Of a DNA stretch of 50,344 bases, positions 40,950-50,344 are shown one piece after another. This DNA is from an uncultured Pelagibacteraceae bacterium (lineage in GTDB: Bacteria > Pseudomonadota > Alphaproteobacteria > Pelagibacterales > AG-422-B15), in contig CACLBX010000004.1 of the NCBI GenBank assembly GCA_902605215.1, positions 1 to 50,344 on the forward strand, in the 5' to 3' direction. A program made the position numbers and the translations under genes. The notes beneath the pieces are model-generated. The model worked only from the letters and a program-made list of their open reading frames with translations, did no database searches and was not told the origin of the DNA. The stretch's first letter is position 1, and each line of letters starts with the position of its first letter.

Positions 40950-42128
40950 ATGTTCATTAATTTCTTCTTTGACCTTAAGCAAGCAAGTTTACCTGTATCC
41001 TTAAAAGAATATTTAATGCTCATGGAAGCCATGAATAAAAGGGTTGTAGACTCTTTTAATGTAAATGATTTTTATTACTTAAGTCGATCAGCATTAGTTA
41101 AAGACGAGAGATATCTTGACAAATTTGACAGAGTCTTTGGACATTCTTTTAAAGGACTTGAAAATTCTGAAGGTGAAACAGAAAAAGAAATACCAGAAGA
41201 GTGGTTGAAGCTGATGGGGCAAAAATACCTTACTGACGAAGAGAAAAAGATGGTTGAGTCCTTAGGCGGTTGGGACAAGCTGATGGAAACATTAAAACAA
41301 CGTTTAGAAGAACAAAAAAAACGTCACCAAGGCGGTAGTAAGTGGATTGGCACTGGAGGAACATCTCCTTTCGGCGCATATGGATATAATCCTGAGGGTA
41401 TTCGGATTGGTCAAAAAGAAAGTCGAAATAAAAAAGCTGTAAAAGTATGGGACAAAAGAGAGTTTAGTAACCTCGATGGTGATGTTGAGTTGGGAACACG
41501 TAATATTAAAGTTGCGCTTCGAAGACTAAGAAAGTTTGCTCGTGAAGGAGTTGAAACAGAACTTGATTTAGATAATACAATCAAATCTACTGCACATAAA
41601 GGTTACATTGACGTAAAGATGATGCCCGAACGTAGGAATAAGATAAAAGTACTTTTATTTTTCGATGTAGGTGGGTCGATGGATGCTCATGTGAAAATAT
41701 GTGAAGAACTCTTTTCTGCAGCAAGAACAGAATTTAAGCACATGGAGTATTTTTATTATCATAACTGTCTCTATGACGCTGTATGGAAAGATAATAAAAG
41801 AAGGTACAATGAGAACATAAAGACCTGGGATCTTCTTCATAAATACCCTTCAGACTATAAAGTTATATTTGTTGGCGATGCCGAAATGAGTCCATATGAG
41901 ATTACATATCCAGGTGGAAGTGTTGAATTTTGGAATGAAGAGTCTGGCGAAACGTGGCTAACCAGGCTTCTGAATATCTATGAAAACGCAATATGGTTAA
42001 ATCCAATACCAGAGAGGTATTGGGACCGCATATCATCTGCTTCAATAATAAAGCAAATTTTTTCGGATAGAATGTTTCCTTTAACTATTGAAGGTATTGA
42101 TCAGGCTATGCGCGAACTTAATAAATAA
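40950..42128 (+). CDS. VWA domain protein (CoxE-like), MoxR partner
   Basis: KWIGTGGTSPFG, MIDAS DVGGSM, VGDA.MSPYE, WLNP. Confidence 0.92.
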   Translation: MFINFFFDLKQASLPVSLKEYLMLMEAMNKRVVDSFNVNDFYYLSRSALVKDERYLDKFDRVFGHSFKGLENSEGETEKEIPEEWLKLMGQKYLTDEEKKMVESLGGWDKLMETLKQRLEEQKKRHQGGSKWIGTGGTSPFGAYGYNPEGIRIGQKESRNKKAVKVWDKREFSNLDGDVELGTRNIKVALRRLRKFAREGVETELDLDNTIKSTAHKGYIDVKMMPERRNKIKVLLFFDVGGSMDAHVKICEELFSAARTEFKHMEYFYYHNCLYDAVWKDNKRRYNENIKTWDLLHKYPSDYKVIFVGDAEMSPYEITYPGGSVEFWNEESGETWLTRLLNIYENAIWLNPIPERYWDRISSASIIKQIFSDRMFPLTIEGIDQAMRELNK

Positions 42129-42131
42129 TTA

Positions 42132-42992
42132 ATGCTTCCAAAGCAGAATGTTATCTTAGGCATATCGTTATTATGCTTAGGATTACTAATTGCGCCTCTT
42201 TATGACGCTCTGGCTAAATACTTAAGTGAAGACATTCACATTTTAGAAATCATCTGGGCTAGGTTTTTTAGTCATTTTATTTTTCTGGTGCCTCTTGTTT
42301 ATTTCATAAAAGGAAAAGAACTATTTTTTAATTCCTCATCTAAACATCAAATTGTTAGAGGAATTTTTATTTTTTTAGCTACTGCTTTTTTCTATGGCGC
42401 TATATCAGAAATTCCTCTTGCTAATGCCTTAAGCATAATGCTCGTAGCTCCAATCATCGTAGTATTCATGTCTTCTTATATTCTTAAAGAACAATTAAAT
42501 TCTTTTAAAATATTTTGCACCTTCTTTGGTTTTTTTGGAACATTGCTGGTAATACAACCTGGTTTTGAGGAGTTTAATTTCTATTCGCTTTTGGCTTTAT
42601 TGTCTGGATTTTGTTATGCCATGTACTTAGTATACACAAGGCGGGTTAATTTCAGTTCTGATCCTTGGGTAAGCTTGTGCTATACCGCTATACCCGGTGC
42701 AGCAATAATGACAGTTTGTCTTCCATTTTTTTGGCAAAGCTCTCCATCAATTGACCAATATTTATTGATGGGATCAATTGGATTAGTTGTAATTTTGGTA
42801 CATTTTATATTTATTAAAGCCTATCAGAATGCTGAAGCTAGTATTTTAGCGCCATTTCACTATTTTGAAATCATAAGTAATATGTTAATAAGCGTTTTAT
42901 TTTTTAAAGATATACCAAATATAATTGTATGTTTTGGTATTCTTTGCATTGTTAGTAGTGGGGTTTTAATTACGATTAAACAAAAAATATGA
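42132..42992 (+). CDS. DMT/EamA family transporter
   Basis: About 10 TM helices, two EamA repeats, AEASILAPF.Y. Confidence 0.9.
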   Translation: MLPKQNVILGISLLCLGLLIAPLYDALAKYLSEDIHILEIIWARFFSHFIFLVPLVYFIKGKELFFNSSSKHQIVRGIFIFLATAFFYGAISEIPLANALSIMLVAPIIVVFMSSYILKEQLNSFKIFCTFFGFFGTLLVIQPGFEEFNFYSLLALLSGFCYAMYLVYTRRVNFSSDPWVSLCYTAIPGAAIMTVCLPFFWQSSPSIDQYLLMGSIGLVVILVHFIFIKAYQNAEASILAPFHYFEIISNMLISVLFFKDIPNIIVCFGILCIVSSGVLITIKQKI

Positions 42993-43960
42993 ATGAATTA
43001 AATTTAGATTATAAGTTTTCTGTCGCGCCAATGATGGGTGTAACCACACCAAGCGCACGCTATATGTATAGATTGATTTCTAAGGAAGCAATTTTATTTA
43101 CAGAAATGATAACCAGCCAGGCGTTGCATCGAGGTGACTTTAAGAAAATGCTCAGAAAGGAAACTATAGAGTCACCTGTGGTTCTTCAAGTAGGAGGTTC
43201 TGATATCAACCTATTGAAATATTCAACAGAACTAGCAAATAAACATAACTATCAAGGAATAAATCTAAATGTCGGCTGCCCTTCAAAAAAAGTATCACAA
43301 GGTAAAATGGGCGCATGTCTGATGAAGGAAGCAAATCTGGTCAAACAATGCTTAGAAGGAATGAAGGCTGAAACTGCAATGGACGTTTCGTTGAAATGTC
43401 GGATTGGAGTAGATGAATTTGATACATATGAATTTTTCAAAAGCTTTATTTCAACAGTAATTGAAAGTGGTATCAAAATTATCTTTATTCATGCGCGTAA
43501 AGCGTACCTCAAAGGTCTTGACCCTAGAAGGAACCGCACGTTACCACCACTTAAATATGACTTTGTTTATAAAATTAAAAAAGAATTTCCACATATTAAA
43601 TTTATAATCAATGGTGGTTTGGACAATATTGATGATTGTCTAGATCAGCTGAATTATTTAGATGGAGTGATGGTAGGAAGATCAATTCAAGCCAACCCAT
43701 TTTTCTTAGAAGATGTTGACTCCAAATTTTACAGCTTGGAAAAGACAGAGATAGATAGGAGTTTCGTAGTAAAGAAATATTTTGATTATGTAAAAGAGAA
43801 TGTTGATTTAATTTCAACCTATGAACTATTAAGTCCCCTTTTAGCACTTTGCTTTGGCGTTCCTGGATCAAAAAAATTTAAACAAGAAGTTAATGATTTG
43901 ATCAGATTAAGAGATATTCAAAGACTTGAGTATGCCTATTTAAATCTAATTGCGGCTTAA
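42989..43960 (+). CDS. dusA: tRNA-dihydrouridine synthase A
   Basis: SVAPMM, TEM, INLNVGCPS, GACLM, K.RIG, HARKA.L.GL.P, NGG. Confidence 0.92.
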   Translation: MNELNLDYKFSVAPMMGVTTPSARYMYRLISKEAILFTEMITSQALHRGDFKKMLRKETIESPVVLQVGGSDINLLKYSTELANKHNYQGINLNVGCPSKKVSQGKMGACLMKEANLVKQCLEGMKAETAMDVSLKCRIGVDEFDTYEFFKSFISTVIESGIKIIFIHARKAYLKGLDPRRNRTLPPLKYDFVYKIKKEFPHIKFIINGGLDNIDDCLDQLNYLDGVMVGRSIQANPFFLEDVDSKFYSLEKTEIDRSFVVKKYFDYVKENVDLISTYELLSPLLALCFGVPGSKKFKQEVNDLIRLRDIQRLEYAYLNLIAA

Positions 43961-44532
43961 AGAATTTCTGCAATATCACTGAAGCTATACCGGGGTGCCC
44001 TTTCATAATATCCATTTTTATCGGGGTAACCTAGGTTACATAAAAAATTACTTTTAATTGATGTGTCATCAAAAAATTCTTTATCAACTAATTCGTTGGA
44101 AAATCCAGACATTGGACCCACAGCCAGACCAAGCGCATTGGCTGCTTTTAAAAAATAGCCTCCCTGTATTGATGAATTTCTAAATGCAGTAATTTCAGAT
44201 TTTTCTAAGTCATTTTCAAAATATTGTTTTGCATCCTCCCGAAGATAATTCTTTGGTAAGTCTCTCCAAAATTCGATATCCATACCGATAATAGTGCAAA
44301 CAGGTGCGTTCAGGACTTTACTTACATTATCCTCACTCACAAATCGTGATAAATTTTCTTTTGCTTGCTTGCTTTTAAGAAATTTTAACCTCATGGGACT
44401 GCAGTTAAAAGACGTAGGACCCCACTTTAGTAAATCATATAAATCATTAAGTGATTGATCTGAGACTTCTTTATCTAAAAACTTATAGCAAGTCTGCGGT
44501 TCGGTAAATATTTGATGTATTTGATCTGACAT
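43957..44532 (-). CDS. Nitroreductase family, RutE/malonic semialdehyde reductase-like
   Basis: KWGPTS.NCSP.R, AFRNSS.QGGY, GPMSGF, SNFLCNLGY. Confidence 0.88.
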   Translation of the reverse strand: MSDQIHQIFTEPQTCYKFLDKEVSDQSLNDLYDLLKWGPTSFNCSPMRLKFLKSKQAKENLSRFVSEDNVSKVLNAPVCTIIGMDIEFWRDLPKNYLREDAKQYFENDLEKSEITAFRNSSIQGGYFLKAANALGLAVGPMSGFSNELVDKEFFDDTSIKSNFLCNLGYPDKNGYYERAPRYSFSDIAEIL

Positions 44533-44534
44533 AA

Positions 44535-44999
44535 TTATAAGATTTTAACGATATGCTCTTCTATTTCTTCTGGTTTTTTTTGAGTTCCAAATCCACGTAC
44601 AAAATCACCATCTTTATTTATTAGATATTTGGTAAAATTCCATTGTATTTCTCTGCCTGCATCTTGAGTAAGTTTTTTAAATAAAGGTGAAGCATTGTCG
44701 CCAATTACTTCAATTTTATCAAAAAGTGTAAAGGACACATTATACTCAGTGCTGCAAAATTCCTTGATCTCATCATTAGTTCCTTTTTCCTGTGACCCAA
44801 ACTGGTTACAAGGAAAAGCTAAGATTTCAAAACCTTTATCTTTATATTTTTCGTATAAACTCTGAAGTCCAGTATATTGAGATGTAAAACCGCATCTACT
44901 AGCAACATTAACAATAAGCAAAGTTTTACCCTTGAATTTTTCAAGACTAATTTCTTCGCTATCAATATCTTTTACAGAAAAATCGTAAATACTTTTCAT
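44535..44999 (-). CDS. Glutathione peroxidase family (Cys type)
   Basis: VNVASRCGFT.QY, FPCNQF..QE, WNFTKYL. Confidence 0.95.
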   Translation of the reverse strand: MKSIYDFSVKDIDSEEISLEKFKGKTLLIVNVASRCGFTSQYTGLQSLYEKYKDKGFEILAFPCNQFGSQEKGTNDEIKEFCSTEYNVSFTLFDKIEVIGDNASPLFKKLTQDAGREIQWNFTKYLINKDGDFVRGFGTQKKPEEIEEHIVKIL

Positions 45000-45845
45000 T
45001 TACTTCGCACCCGCTTTAACAAATGTGCCGTTGTTATAATCACTGATAGCGGAAATAATTTCTTCTCTTGTGTTCATTACAAAAGGACCACCTCTGGCAA
45101 TCGGTTCACCAATTGGCTTGCCAGACACTAATAGAAACTTTGCTTTATTTTCACTTGTAACCACTAAACTTCCACCTTGATTAAAAGTAATTAAATGCGA
45201 ACTAGTAATTTCACTATTATCACCATCCAAATGAATACTGCCAGAGTATACGTAAATAAATGAATTGTATTCTTTATCTAGATTGTATGTAAATGGCTGG
45301 TTGCTCGTAATTTCAATATCAAGATATGTTGGATTAACGTTATGTTTTTTTATAGACCCTTCTGTTTCTTTAAAGGAGCCAGCAATAACCTTTACTTTAA
45401 CATCACTATCTTCATATGTTTTGATTTGATTTGAATCTAAGTAAATATATTCTGGGTCGTCCATTTTTTTTTCTGCAGGCATATTGATCCAAAGCTGGAA
45501 GCCATGCAGCTTTCCTTCAGACATTGCTGGCATTTCTGAGTGAATAATCCCACTTCCTGTCTTCATCCACTGAACATCACCTGGCTTCATGATCCCTACT
45601 GCACCGGTACTATCCTTATGTTCAAATTCACCATTTAGCATATATGTAACTGTTTCTATGCCTCTATGTGGGTGAGCTGGAAACCCGCCAAGATAATCAT
45701 CACTTTTATCAGAGCCAAATTCATCCAGCATTAAGAATGGGTCAAAATAGTCAATAAGCTGAGTGCCAATTGATCTCTTCAATTTAACACCTGCGCCATC
45801 TGATGTGTTTATTGGCGATATAATCTGGTCAATAGTACTGCGCAT
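45000..45845 (-). CDS. Pirin family protein
   Basis: DGAGV, DPFLMLD, HPHRG.ETVTY, G.G..HSE, FQLW.N, GPFVMNT. Confidence 0.95.
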   Translation of the reverse strand: MRSTIDQIISPINTSDGAGVKLKRSIGTQLIDYFDPFLMLDEFGSDKSDDYLGGFPAHPHRGIETVTYMLNGEFEHKDSTGAVGIMKPGDVQWMKTGSGIIHSEMPAMSEGKLHGFQLWINMPAEKKMDDPEYIYLDSNQIKTYEDSDVKVKVIAGSFKETEGSIKKHNVNPTYLDIEITSNQPFTYNLDKEYNSFIYVYSGSIHLDGDNSEITSSHLITFNQGGSLVVTSENKAKFLLVSGKPIGEPIARGGPFVMNTREEIISAISDYNNGTFVKAGAK

Positions 45846-45847
45846 AA

Positions 45848-46798
45848 TTAATTAATTTTTATTAACAACTTTCCTTTTGCCCTACCACTTGATAAATGTT
45901 CATAAGCCTCATGGTACTGGTCAAATGAATAAGTTTTTTCAATTACAGGTTTCAATTTACCGTCTTCCATCCACATCCTAAACATATCAAGGTTTGATGT
46001 AGATGTTCTACCAGAAAGAACTGTACGAGATTTTTTTCGTTTAAAAAACTGTTTTGCAGTATCAATGTTATTATAGATATTAAATTTTGTTGTAACATAA
46101 ATACCATTTGTCGACAAAGAATTAGAAATTTTTGGAAAGGAAAGATTTCCGTTAGCGTCAAAAATAATATCGTATTTATCGGATGTATCAGTGATGTCAG
46201 TTTTTGTATAATCAATAATTTTTTCGATATCAAATTCATTTTTTATCCATTCAATATTTCTATCGCTTGTTACAGCGGTAATATCGGCCTCATATATTTT
46301 TGCCATTTGAAGTGCAAATGTACCAACTCCTCCCGAGGCACCATTGATTAACAATTTATGTCCTTTTCTTAAAGACGCAATATTTCTTAGAGCTAATAAA
46401 GATGTATTACCCACTTGAGGTATTGCTGCCGTATCGGATAGTTCAAAATTATTAGGAGCTAAAGATATATATTTCTGAGATATAGTAATTTTTTCAGCTG
46501 CACTTCCGTTAAATAATATGTCCTGCATGCCAAATACCTTGTCGCCGACCTTAAACGCACCAACGTCATTGCCAATTTCAACTATTTCACCACTAAAATC
46601 ACATGCAGTTATTATTGGAAATTTTTTTATGCTAGTAATGGGCTTAAACCCACCTCTCATTTTTTTTAAGTCAACAGGATTAATTGAAATTGCTGAGACT
46701 TTAATGGCAACCTCATGACGCTTTGGTTTTGGATTCTCAACTTCTAATATTTGGAGTTTGTCAATGCCTCCATATGAATTATATCCAATTGCTCTCAT
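45848..46798 (-). CDS. NAD(P)-dependent quinone oxidoreductase/MDR family (track start 46867; likely start MRAIGY)
   Basis: SINPVD, DFSG, INGASGGVG.FA.Q.AK, IDY, GRAKGK. Confidence 0.9.
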   Translation of the reverse strand: MRAIGYNSYGGIDKLQILEVENPKPKRHEVAIKVSAISINPVDLKKMRGGFKPITSIKKFPIITACDFSGEIVEIGNDVGAFKVGDKVFGMQDILFNGSAAEKITISQKYISLAPNNFELSDTAAIPQVGNTSLLALRNIASLRKGHKLLINGASGGVGTFALQMAKIYEADITAVTSDRNIEWIKNEFDIEKIIDYTKTDITDTSDKYDIIFDANGNLSFPKISNSLSTNGIYVTTKFNIYNNIDTAKQFFKRKKSRTVLSGRTSTSNLDMFRMWMEDGKLKPVIEKTYSFDQYHEAYEHLSSGRAKGKLLIKIN

Positions 46799-46855
46799 AA
46801 TAATTAATTTTAAAATTAAGAATTGATTATATAATGTAATAAATAAGGCGAGTAA

Positions 46856-47746
46856 ATGTTTTATCAAATGCTAACAGATATTTCCTGGGTTGTTAACTTA
46901 AGATCTCCAATTTTAACTCCAATATTTGAGTTTTTAACATGGCTTGGGTACAGAGATTTTCTTTTTATGTTCATTCCATTTACTTATTGGTGCTTTGATA
47001 GGAAAATATTTGGTAGACTAGTTCTAATTGTATTTTTTAGTGCGATAATTAATTCTTGGTTAAAAGATTTTTTTCAAGACCCAAGGCCAGATCTCTATCT
47101 CAATATAGATCCGTGGCTTCAAGCAGAAACCTCTTTTGGGTTTCCAAGTGGTCATACTCAAATAGCAGTTGTTATATGGCTTTATATTGCACTCAATGTA
47201 AAGAATCTCTTTGCGAAAATTGTATCAATTATTTTTTTATTAGGTGTGCCTTTTAGTCGTATCTACCTTGGCGTACATGATATCGGAGATATTCTCGGTG
47301 GAATGATAGTGGGGTTATTCACTCTATATGCCGCTCATCTATTTTATCAAAATATTGACTTGGGAAAATATAATTTAAACAAACTATTTAAATATGTATT
47401 AACGATTATTCTACTGATCGTGTTTTATTTCTCGTGGCCAATGGATCATGGTCATGAATTAGTTACAGGATTGGGAGGACTTATATTGGGCTTCATGATA
47501 GGATCAGATTTAGATAAAAAATATTTTGGTTACGAACGGGTATCAAATACCTTTATGCACTATTTTTCGTGTTCATTGGCATTAATTGTCTTTCTAATTT
47601 TAAATAAATTTTTAGAAACTGGATTTGATCAAGTTATTTTACCTGAGTGGTTCGAAATTGGCATGAGCTCCTTTATATTGGGCACCTATATCTCATTTAT
47701 TGCACTATTTCTTCTTTCAAAAGTTAAGCTTCAATCAATCAAATAA
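46856..47746 (+). CDS. PAP2 family membrane phosphatase
   Basis: K....PRP, FPSGH, SRIYLGVH...D. Confidence 0.92.
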   Translation: MFYQMLTDISWVVNLRSPILTPIFEFLTWLGYRDFLFMFIPFTYWCFDRKIFGRLVLIVFFSAIINSWLKDFFQDPRPDLYLNIDPWLQAETSFGFPSGHTQIAVVIWLYIALNVKNLFAKIVSIIFLLGVPFSRIYLGVHDIGDILGGMIVGLFTLYAAHLFYQNIDLGKYNLNKLFKYVLTIILLIVFYFSWPMDHGHELVTGLGGLILGFMIGSDLDKKYFGYERVSNTFMHYFSCSLALIVFLILNKFLETGFDQVILPEWFEIGMSSFILGTYISFIALFLLSKVKLQSIK

Positions 47747-48768
47747 CTTTCGCCATGCTTTAAAGTAAAAAAATCTTCATTTGGTATATTGTATTTTTTT
47801 AGTTCTTTTAGTAACTGGCGAGGAGGTTCCGTAACAGGCTCATCAGTTAAGATAAAAGTTCCCCATGCCATGCCGATAGCTTTACTTGCTTCCAAGTCAA
47901 GAAATGTCATCACAGCTTCCTCAGGGTTTATATGAGAGAATTCCATGATCCACCTTGGTTCATAGGCTCCAATGGGGATTGCCGCTAGATCAACTGGGCC
48001 CAATTTTTCTTTGATTGCCTTAAAATCATCTGTGTATCCAGTATCTCCTAAGTGTATAAAGCTGTGAAACTTGTTTTTAAAATGCCATGCGCCCCATAAA
48101 GTTTCATTTCGATCAAATAAACCACGAGCAGACCAATGTTGCACTGGAGCGAAGGTAATAAGTGTTTCTTGAATTATTAGAGAGTCCCACCAATCAAGCT
48201 CCCTAACATTATAAATACCTTTGCTCTCAAACCATTTTTTTAGACCCAGAGGAACAAGGAAAAGTATGTTATCAAATTTTTCAGCTAATAATTTTACACT
48301 CATGTAATCAAGATGGTCGTAATGACTGTGCGAGATAGTAACTACGTCAATATTAGGTAAATCATCAATCTTCATTCCAGGTGCCATATATCTCTTGGGT
48401 CCTGCAAAATTTAATGGGGATGCTCTCTGTGTAAAATGTGGATCTGTAAGAACATTTATATCTTTATTTTGATACAAAAAAGTTTCATGCCCAATCCAAG
48501 TAGTAACAATATTCTCATTTTCATAAATTTCTTTGTAATTAGGCACTTCAACTTCAAATTCAAAAGTTTCTAAATTTTTACTTCTTCTCTCCCAACTCCA
48601 TTTTAATAATTTATTAAAGCTACTCTCATATGCTACTCCACTAGTATTTGCGTATGTACCATCTGAAAGATGATGCACCGAACTATTAATCACTTCGTTA
48701 GAGTAGGTTGGCAGAGAATATAATAGAGAAACGATCAATAAAGCTACTTTCATAAAATTATTTGTCAT
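47731..48768 (-). CDS. MBL-fold hydrolase (NAPE-PLD/RomA-like)
   Basis: TW.GH, LTDP, SHSHYDHLD, QHWS.R, GDTG, PIGAYEPRW, H.NPEEA. Confidence 0.9.
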   Translation of the reverse strand: MTNNFMKVALLIVSLLYSLPTYSNEVINSSVHHLSDGTYANTSGVAYESSFNKLLKWSWERRSKNLETFEFEVEVPNYKEIYENENIVTTWIGHETFLYQNKDINVLTDPHFTQRASPLNFAGPKRYMAPGMKIDDLPNIDVVTISHSHYDHLDYMSVKLLAEKFDNILFLVPLGLKKWFESKGIYNVRELDWWDSLIIQETLITFAPVQHWSARGLFDRNETLWGAWHFKNKFHSFIHLGDTGYTDDFKAIKEKLGPVDLAAIPIGAYEPRWIMEFSHINPEEAVMTFLDLEASKAIGMAWGTFILTDEPVTEPPRQLLKELKKYNIPNEDFFTLKHGESYLID

Positions 48769-49105
48769 TTAGATTCCATAGTATCGCTAAACAAATACTT
48801 TTAGATACGGGGAGTATAAAAAGTACTGTTGCTATAGTTAATGGAATCCACGTCACAGCTTGCAACCAAAGATCAGGGGCGTAAACTTGTTCAATAAATA
48901 AAACGAGGGGGACAATAATGTGGCCAGCAATAATGATTGTAAGCCATGGCCCAAAGTCATCAGTTCTATAAATTGAGAGCTGCTCATCGCAATGATTACA
49001 ATTTGATTTTAGCTTAAGGTATCTTTTATAAATACTGGCTTTGCCACAGCGCGGACATCTTTTCAATATTGATCGGGATAGAGCAAGTATTAGCGAAATT
49101 TTCAT
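48758..49105 (-). CDS. DUF983 family membrane protein
   Basis: CPRCG...YLK...C.HC...R.DD.GPWLTI...GH. Confidence 0.88.
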   Translation of the reverse strand: MKISLILALSRSILKRCPRCGKASIYKRYLKLKSNCNHCDEQLSIYRTDDFGPWLTIIIAGHIIVPLVLFIEQVYAPDLWLQAVTWIPLTIATVLFILPVSKSICLAILWNLNDK

Positions 49106-49113
49106 AATAAATA

Positions 49114-49695
49114 CTACTCACTGATTACGAATTCACTACTTGAATCTGCCAACCAATCCCATAAGTATTCAGCAAAACTCCAACGAACTGAGATATCGAA
49201 AATAGGTTCGTCAGATAATCTGTCAATCAATACTGTTGCTTTACTGATATATGATTGTGCACATGAGTTTTTTTTCAGTAAATTTTTTTCAAAATTAAGT
49301 GGGCAAGCTTTGCTAAGCACCTCAATGCTTTTGGGTCCACTTAGTCTCATTGTAAGATAATAATCAGAAACATCAGTGAGAGCATAAAATGATGTTTTAA
49401 GATTTTCATTTAAATTATTGATAATATTCGATTTATTTTGATCACTACATAGAATTAGATACTCATTGGGACCGAGCCATAATACTCTGCCTTCATCGTT
49501 GCCACTAACTTCTCCTGATGATTTTGGAAGATTATAATCAAAATAATTTTCAATTACTTCTCTTGCCTTTAGATCGTTTTCTTTCACTCTTAAGTTTATT
49601 TTTCCAATAAATTCATTTTGCTGTAGAGAAATATTATCTGAGTTGATTGCAATTTTATCAACTAATGGAGACAAATGTTCTTTATCGTTATTCAT
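49114..49695 (-). CDS. soxG: Sarcosine oxidase gamma subunit family (track start 49719)
   Basis: KINLR, LWLGP.EYL, DVSD, L.K.CP.., V..SFA.YLW.WL; overlaps the end of soxA. Confidence 0.88.
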   Translation of the reverse strand: MNNDKEHLSPLVDKIAINSDNISLQQNEFIGKINLRVKENDLKAREVIENYFDYNLPKSSGEVSGNDEGRVLWLGPNEYLILCSDQNKSNIINNLNENLKTSFYALTDVSDYYLTMRLSGPKSIEVLSKACPLNFEKNLLKKNSCAQSYISKATVLIDRLSDEPIFDISVRWSFAEYLWDWLADSSSEFVISE

Positions 49696-50344
49696 TATTT
49701 TTATTGCCCTCCTTATCATAAAAAACTGTGTCAGAGATTGTTGCTTCTATAACCTTGCCATTCATTAGAGGAATTTCGACTTTTTCACCAAGAAGATTCA
49801 TACCATTTTTAATCATTGCCAATGCTATAGGGTGACCCAAGATCGGGCTATAGTAACTTGATGTTACATGGCCAAGCATCTTCATTGGCGGTTGTTTAAG
49901 TGCTTTTTCTACGATATGCGACCCCTCAGGTAAAACTGTTTTCTTGTCATTCACAAGAAGTCCTACAAATTTTTTTCTATCAGATCGCAAAGTATCTGAT
50001 CGTGTGAATGATCGTTTTCCTAAAAAATCTTGTTTCTTTTTAGATACGATCCAGTCCATGTTCATATCCATAGGAGTAACGCTTCCATCAGTATCTTGTC
50101 CCACAATAATAAATCCTTTTTCAGCCCTGAGAACATGCATCGTTTCAGTGCCGTATGGTGTTATGTTGTATTTTTTACCGTGGTGCATAAACTGCTCCCA
50201 GACAAATCTACCGTATCGGGAAGGTACGTTGACCTCAAAACTCAATTCGCCAGTGAAACTTATTCTAAAGACCCTTGAATCTATGCCGCACACTTTTCCC
50301 TCTCTAAATTTCATAAAAGGAAAATTTTCTTTTGATAGATCAAT
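49688..50344 (-). CDS. soxA: Sarcosine oxidase alpha subunit family, C-terminal GcvT-like part (5'-truncated by window edge)
   Basis: RISFTGELSFE, PYGTETMHVLRAEKG, GHVTSSYYSP; frame open to the window end. Confidence 0.93.
   Translation of the reverse strand: MDLSKENFPFMKFREGKVCGIDSRVFRISFTGELSFEVNVPSRYGRFVWEQFMHHGKKYNITPYGTETMHVLRAEKGFIIVGQDTDGSVTPMDMNMDWIVSKKKQDFLGKRSFTRSDTLRSDRKKFVGLLVNDKKTVLPEGSHIVEKALKQPPMKMLGHVTSSYYSPILGHPIALAMIKNGMNLLGEKVEIPLMNGKVIEATISDTVFYDKEGNKNNE

Noticed and set aside
44535-44999. Selenocysteine glutathione peroxidase
   Set aside because: The active site is encoded as Cys (ASRCG) with no in-frame TGA.

Overview
A gene-dense, AT-rich chromosomal segment of a streamlined marine-type alphaproteobacterium. 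It is SAR11/AEGEAN-169-like by composition, gene order and alpha-type LexA boxes, but the exact taxon cannot be determined from this window. Most of it is housekeeping: rsmA, gmk, fabF-acpP-fabG-fabD, rpsF-rpsR-rplI-dnaB-alr, yfgM-bamB-der, panB, guaA/guaB, rlmE, a tolC-padR-MFP-double RND efflux operon, LOG-icd, alaS-recA-dksA, MoxR-VWA, dusA, a redox cluster and the end of a sarcosine-oxidase-type operon. The most notable element is a ~2.46 kb integrase-less mini genomic island at the 3' end of guaA. It is bounded by a degenerate 21-bp duplication of the guaA terminus and keeps IHF-like and tandem arm-type repeats at both ends. Its cargo is a WbmS-like deacetylase plus formyltransferase pair, an unannotated H-NS-oligomerisation-domain-like ORF with an internal stop, and a truncated ORF. 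Other oddities are a Der/EngA with only one GTPase domain, a tandem palindromic operator before the PadR efflux operon, an unexplained GNAT-like ORF beside a photolyase, missing purF/radA/mltG at their usual positions, and catalytic-residue substitutions in an SDR and an MBL hydrolase. No tRNA, rRNA or CRISPR array was seen.
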